DNA of 21,007 bases, taken from Armatimonadia bacterium (GTDB taxonomy: Bacteria > Armatimonadota > Zipacnadia > Zipacnadales > UBA11051). A program made the position numbers and the translations under genes. Below, in pieces: positions 18,069 through 21,007 of the stretch (its first letter is position 1; every line of letters begins with the position of its first letter). The notes beneath the pieces are model-generated. The model had not been told where the DNA came from. It worked only from the letters and a program-made list of their open reading frames with translations, and did no database searches. The stretch lies in NCBI GenBank assembly GCA_039683575.1, contig JBDKRC010000228.1, forward strand, positions 1 through 21,007, given 5' to 3'.

Positions 18069-18267
18069 CTTCGTGTTTCTCAACTAACTCGTGCAGCCGT
18101 CTCAACTCTTTGTCACTGAAGCCTGTATAGGTAGCCAGAGCGATCACTGGCTGAAGCCAGAACTTGGCTTCACCATCTGGCGACACGATGTGGACATGGA
18201 TGCGTTCCTCTTCGCGAGAGAAGAAGAAGAACCGGCAGTTACCTATCCGCAGTACCGTTGGGCTCAC
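18028..18267 (-). CDS. DUF4160-like protein (putative TA component)
   Basis: MSPTVLR..RFFFFSREE.RIHVHI....EAKFWL.P......GF..KEL...W.EHF. GTG start. Confidence 0.85.
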   Translation of the reverse strand: MSPTVLRIGNCRFFFFSREEERIHVHIVSPDGEAKFWLQPVIALATYTGFSDKELRRLHELVEKHEDDIIKAWQEHFKA

Positions 18268-18273
18268 CTAGTC

Positions 18274-18303
18274 AGTATATGTATACCCGTGGAAGGATGT
18301 CAA
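18274..18303 (-). promoter_or_regulatory. sigma70 promoter giving a probable leaderless transcript of the DUF4160/DUF2442 pair
   Basis: Minus strand reads TTGACA-18 nt-TATACT, then 6 nt, then the GTG start. Confidence 0.7.
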
Positions 18304-18338
18304 CTGCGCTCAATCAAGCGGTTGGCAATGAGCACTGA

Positions 18339-19130
18339 ATGCAAAACATCCAAGCCGAGATAATCCGCAACGATCCCGAGCTCGATGACTACTCTGTCCT
18401 CGAACTCCATGCGCCGCATGTGGCTGAGAATGCCCGGCCGGGGCAGTTCGTGCACATCCGCCTCAACCGCCTGCAGGACCCGCTGCTGCGCCGGCCGATC
18501 TCCATCATGCTCGCCGAGCCGCACTCCGGCACTATACGCCTGCTTATCAAGAAGGTCGGCCGCGGCACCGAGCTACTCTGCGCCGCGCTGGAAGGCGGTA
18601 CGATAGACCTGCTCGGACCGCTGGGCAACAGCTTTCCCTTGCCGCCCGAGGGCAAGGACGTGCTGCTGGTCGGCGGCGGCGTCGGTGTGGCCCCGCTCAT
18701 CTTCTTTGCCGACGTCCTGCAAAAGACGCCCGGCCTCCGCTCCGCCCGAGGGCTGTACGGCGGCGCCAACGAGAATCAACTCGCGGTCTGGACCGAACTG
18801 GCCGGACGCTGCGAGGAGTTCTATGTCGCCACCGAAGATGGCTCCGCCGGCGAACAGGGTCTTGTTACCGACCTTCTCGCCGAGCAGCTTCAGCGTGGAG
18901 ATGCCCAGGCCGTCTACACCTGCGGCCCCCGGCCCATGATGGCCAAAGTGGCCGCCATGTGCGCCGAGGCCTCAATGCCCTGCTATGCCTCGCTGGAGCA
19001 GTGGATGGGCTGCGGCGTCGGCGCGTGTCTCGGCTGCGTCGTCCCCGGCACCGAGGAAGCCTACCTGCGGGTCTGCCGCGACGGCCCGGTCTTCCCTGCG
19101 GAAAAACTCGACTGGGACAATGTCATATGA
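18339..19130 (+). CDS. pyrK: Dihydroorotate dehydrogenase B electron transfer subunit
   Basis: PGQFV, LRRPIS, GPLGN, GGGVGVAP, CGP, MGCGVGACLGC...RVC.DGPVF (2Fe-2S). Confidence 0.95.
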   Translation: MQNIQAEIIRNDPELDDYSVLELHAPHVAENARPGQFVHIRLNRLQDPLLRRPISIMLAEPHSGTIRLLIKKVGRGTELLCAALEGGTIDLLGPLGNSFPLPPEGKDVLLVGGGVGVAPLIFFADVLQKTPGLRSARGLYGGANENQLAVWTELAGRCEEFYVATEDGSAGEQGLVTDLLAEQLQRGDAQAVYTCGPRPMMAKVAAMCAEASMPCYASLEQWMGCGVGACLGCVVPGTEEAYLRVCRDGPVFPAEKLDWDNVI

Positions 19131-20047
19131 CCGCCCCTGATCTCTCCGTCAAAATCGGCGACCTCACGCTCAAGAACCCGGTCATGACCGCCTCTGGCAC
19201 CTTCGGCTGGGGTGTGGAGTACGCCATGCTGGCCGATGTCTCGGCGCTGGGCGCGCTGGTGGTCAAGGCCACAACCCTCCGCCCGCGCGACGGCAACAAG
19301 CCGCCTCGCGTCGTCGAGACGCCCGCCGGTATGCTTAACGCCATCGGCCTGCAGAACCCCGGCGTCGAGGAAGTCATCAAACAGAAGCTTCCCCACCTGG
19401 ACAAGTTCAACATCCCGGTGATCGTCAACATCGCCGGGGACAGCGTGGATGACTACGTCGCCGTCGCCCGGCGGCTGAGCGAAACTGGCCTCGTGCAGGC
19501 GCTCGAGATCAATGCCTCCTGCCCCAACTGCGAGGAAGGCGGCATGCTTTTCGGACTCGACCCGGCCTCACTTGGCGGTCTCGTCAGTGCGGTCCGCGCC
19601 GCCACCGCCCTACCGCTGATCACCAAGCTCTCGCCGAACGTCACCGATATCGTCCCCCTCGCCCGCGCCGCGGTTGAGGCCGGCTCGGACGCCCTCTCGC
19701 TCATCAATACTCTCGTCGGCATCGCGATAGACGTCGAAAAGCGCCGCCCGAAGTTGGGCAACACCACCGGCGGGCTCTCCGGCCCCGCCATTCGCCCGGT
19801 GGCCGTGCGCATGGTCTGGCAAGTAGCCGCCGCCGACCTTGGCGTGCCCCTCATCGGCATGGGCGGCATCATGAACGCGACTGACGCGATGGAATTCATC
19901 CTCGCCGGCGCCAACGCCGTAGCCATCGGCACCGCCAACTTCGTCACCCCGGACACGATCAACAAGGTAGTCACCGGCCTCGGCGACTATTGCCGCCGCC
20001 ACAAGGTCTGCCGCCTGCAGGACCTGGTGGGTGCCGCCCGTCCCTAA
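19127..20047 (+). CDS. pyrD: Dihydroorotate dehydrogenase (family 1B) catalytic subunit
   Basis: KNPVMTASGTFG, MLNAIGLQNPG, EINASCPN, KLSPNVTDI, GGLSGPAI. ATGA overlap with pyrK. Confidence 0.96.
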   Translation: MTAPDLSVKIGDLTLKNPVMTASGTFGWGVEYAMLADVSALGALVVKATTLRPRDGNKPPRVVETPAGMLNAIGLQNPGVEEVIKQKLPHLDKFNIPVIVNIAGDSVDDYVAVARRLSETGLVQALEINASCPNCEEGGMLFGLDPASLGGLVSAVRAATALPLITKLSPNVTDIVPLARAAVEAGSDALSLINTLVGIAIDVEKRRPKLGNTTGGLSGPAIRPVAVRMVWQVAAADLGVPLIGMGGIMNATDAMEFILAGANAVAIGTANFVTPDTINKVVTGLGDYCRRHKVCRLQDLVGAARP

Positions 20048-20073
20048 CCCCGAGACCCCTCCTCCCCTCTGAT

Positions 20074-20097
20074 GTACGCCCGACATTCCTGTCGGGC
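20074..20097. repeat. Single REP-like palindrome (GACATTCCTGTC core)
   Basis: GTAC followed by GCCCGACA-TTCC-TGTCGGGC. Confidence 0.5.
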
Positions 20098-20154
20098 TCG
20101 GGGTCCCCGACCACCACGCCGTAACGCCTCATCCCTCCAACCGACGCTTATACG

Positions 20155-20187
20155 AAAAGCGGGCACTCCCTGAGGAGCGCCCGCTTT
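20155..20187. terminator. Bidirectional intrinsic terminator between convergent pyrD and the prepilin-like gene
   Basis: AAAAGCGGGCACTCC-ctga-GGAGCGCCCGCTTT, a GC stem with A and T runs at its two ends. Confidence 0.8.
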
Positions 20188-20228
20188 GTGATTTCATTAG
20201 CTAGGCCGTTCGGCTATTGCTCGACTGG

Positions 20229-20903
20229 CTAATTGAACGGGTTGCGGAAGGTCTCCTCCGGCGGGTGAACCGAGGAGGCCGCATTGTAAGGCGCGGGGAA
20301 GCCACACGAGACCAGGCTGCTGGTGGAGAACTTCATCCACTTGGCGTGGCCATCCACGAAGGCGAGGTTGCCGCCCTCGTTGTGCCGGGCATCGCACGCG
20401 TAGTACTGGTCCATGAGCACATACTGCGGATTGCCTCCGGCGAGTTTCTCAGTTACCAACATGGTCTCGGCAGGCCGGGTAAACTGGCCCAGGGACGGAG
20501 GGGGAACAGCTCTGAACAGGTCGATCTTGGCCACAGCCGGCGTTGTCGTGTAACCGCAATCCGGGGTGCCGTAGTCGCATCCAATCGGAGCGGGTGTCCC
20601 GCTGGGGCACCTGTACACCTGCGTATTCTTGACGTATGGGTAGATTTTGTTGATCCAGGTGTCCTGATAGGAGCTCCAACTCGCCACCCAGTTGAAGTCC
20701 GGGGCGCCGGGAACCGGGCCGGAACCATAGGCCCCGGCGATCCGACCCGAATCGCGGAGGGGGAATCGCTCATCATAGTCCTGCGTGTACTGGATCATGC
20801 CCAGCGACAACTGCTTGAGGTTGTTCAGACAACTCGTCTGGCGGGCCTTCTCGCGGGCCTTGGCGAACACCGGAAACAAAATCGCTGCCAGAATGGCAAT
20901 GAT
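20229..20903 (-). pseudogene. Third prepilin-type/H-X9-DG gene, lacking the [12 protein letters not shown] leader at the expected position (interrupted or 5'-truncated)
   Basis: Reads [28 protein letters not shown]... to [17 protein letters not shown] with no stops. Similarity to the paralogs ends abruptly at 20903. Confidence 0.75.
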
Positions 20904-21007
20904 GTAGCCGCTGAAAAACAGCAAGCAGGTATCGTTTTGTCTCAAGGGAATCCTTGGTTGAGGTGATCTGCTTGCAGCACAAGTCTCAGCCCCATGCGCC
21001 CTCGCTC
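20904..21007. mobile_element. End of a putative inserted element or structured sequence abutting the broken prepilin motif (runs off the window)
   Basis: Non-pilin sequence starting GTAGCCGCTGAAAAAC with a long imperfect hairpin at 20910-20990. No transposase is visible in the window, so the element type is inferred. Confidence 0.4.

Noticed and set aside
17795-18335. Target-site duplication around the DUF4160/DUF2442 module (TGAGC on both sides)
   Set aside because: A 5-bp match is expected by chance and there are no terminal inverted repeats.
20160-20185. GAGGAGCGC resembling an SAH riboswitch segment
   Set aside because: It is fully explained as one arm of a bidirectional terminator between convergent genes.
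20911-20927. Minus-strand TGCTTGCTGTTTTTCAG resembling a spliceosomal 3' splice site
   Set aside because: The context is bacterial and the AG does not coincide with the homology junction.
20904-20945. TTG-started [14 protein letters not shown] as the true N-terminus of the third prepilin-like gene
   Set aside because: It lacks the G|F cleavage site and E5, the start lies inside a hairpin, and homology breaks sharply mid-helix.
1-21007. CRISPR array, tRNA or rRNA genes
   Set aside because: No regularly spaced direct repeats and no cloverleaf or rRNA-like sequence were seen in the short intergenic regions.

Overview
High-GC bacterial chromosomal window. The '[34 protein letters not shown]' prepilin-like genes suggest Armatimonadota (inference). 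Left to right it holds two tandem paralogous prepilin-type/H-X9-DG genes (- strand); a sulfate-activation cluster (sat, alkaline-phosphatase-superfamily gene, cysC); an mtlD-like dehydrogenase; and a ~1200-aa secreted putative glycoside hydrolase. Next is an interleaved pyrimidine/arginine block (pyrF, pyrB with a PyrI-like Zn tail, argG, ferritin-like gene, argH, pyrK, pyrD). Two accessory two-gene modules are wedged into it: an AAA ATPase + DUF3226-like pair and an antisense DUF4160/DUF2442-like pair. Several unrelated REP-like palindromes occupy intergenic gaps. The most unusual item is at the right edge: a third prepilin-like gene whose conserved cleavage/methylation leader is cut between ...VVIA and IIAIL... 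and replaced by a structured non-pilin sequence running off the window. This could be a motif-targeting insertion element, an intron or a silent cassette. All family assignments come from motif recognition by eye; no searches were run.
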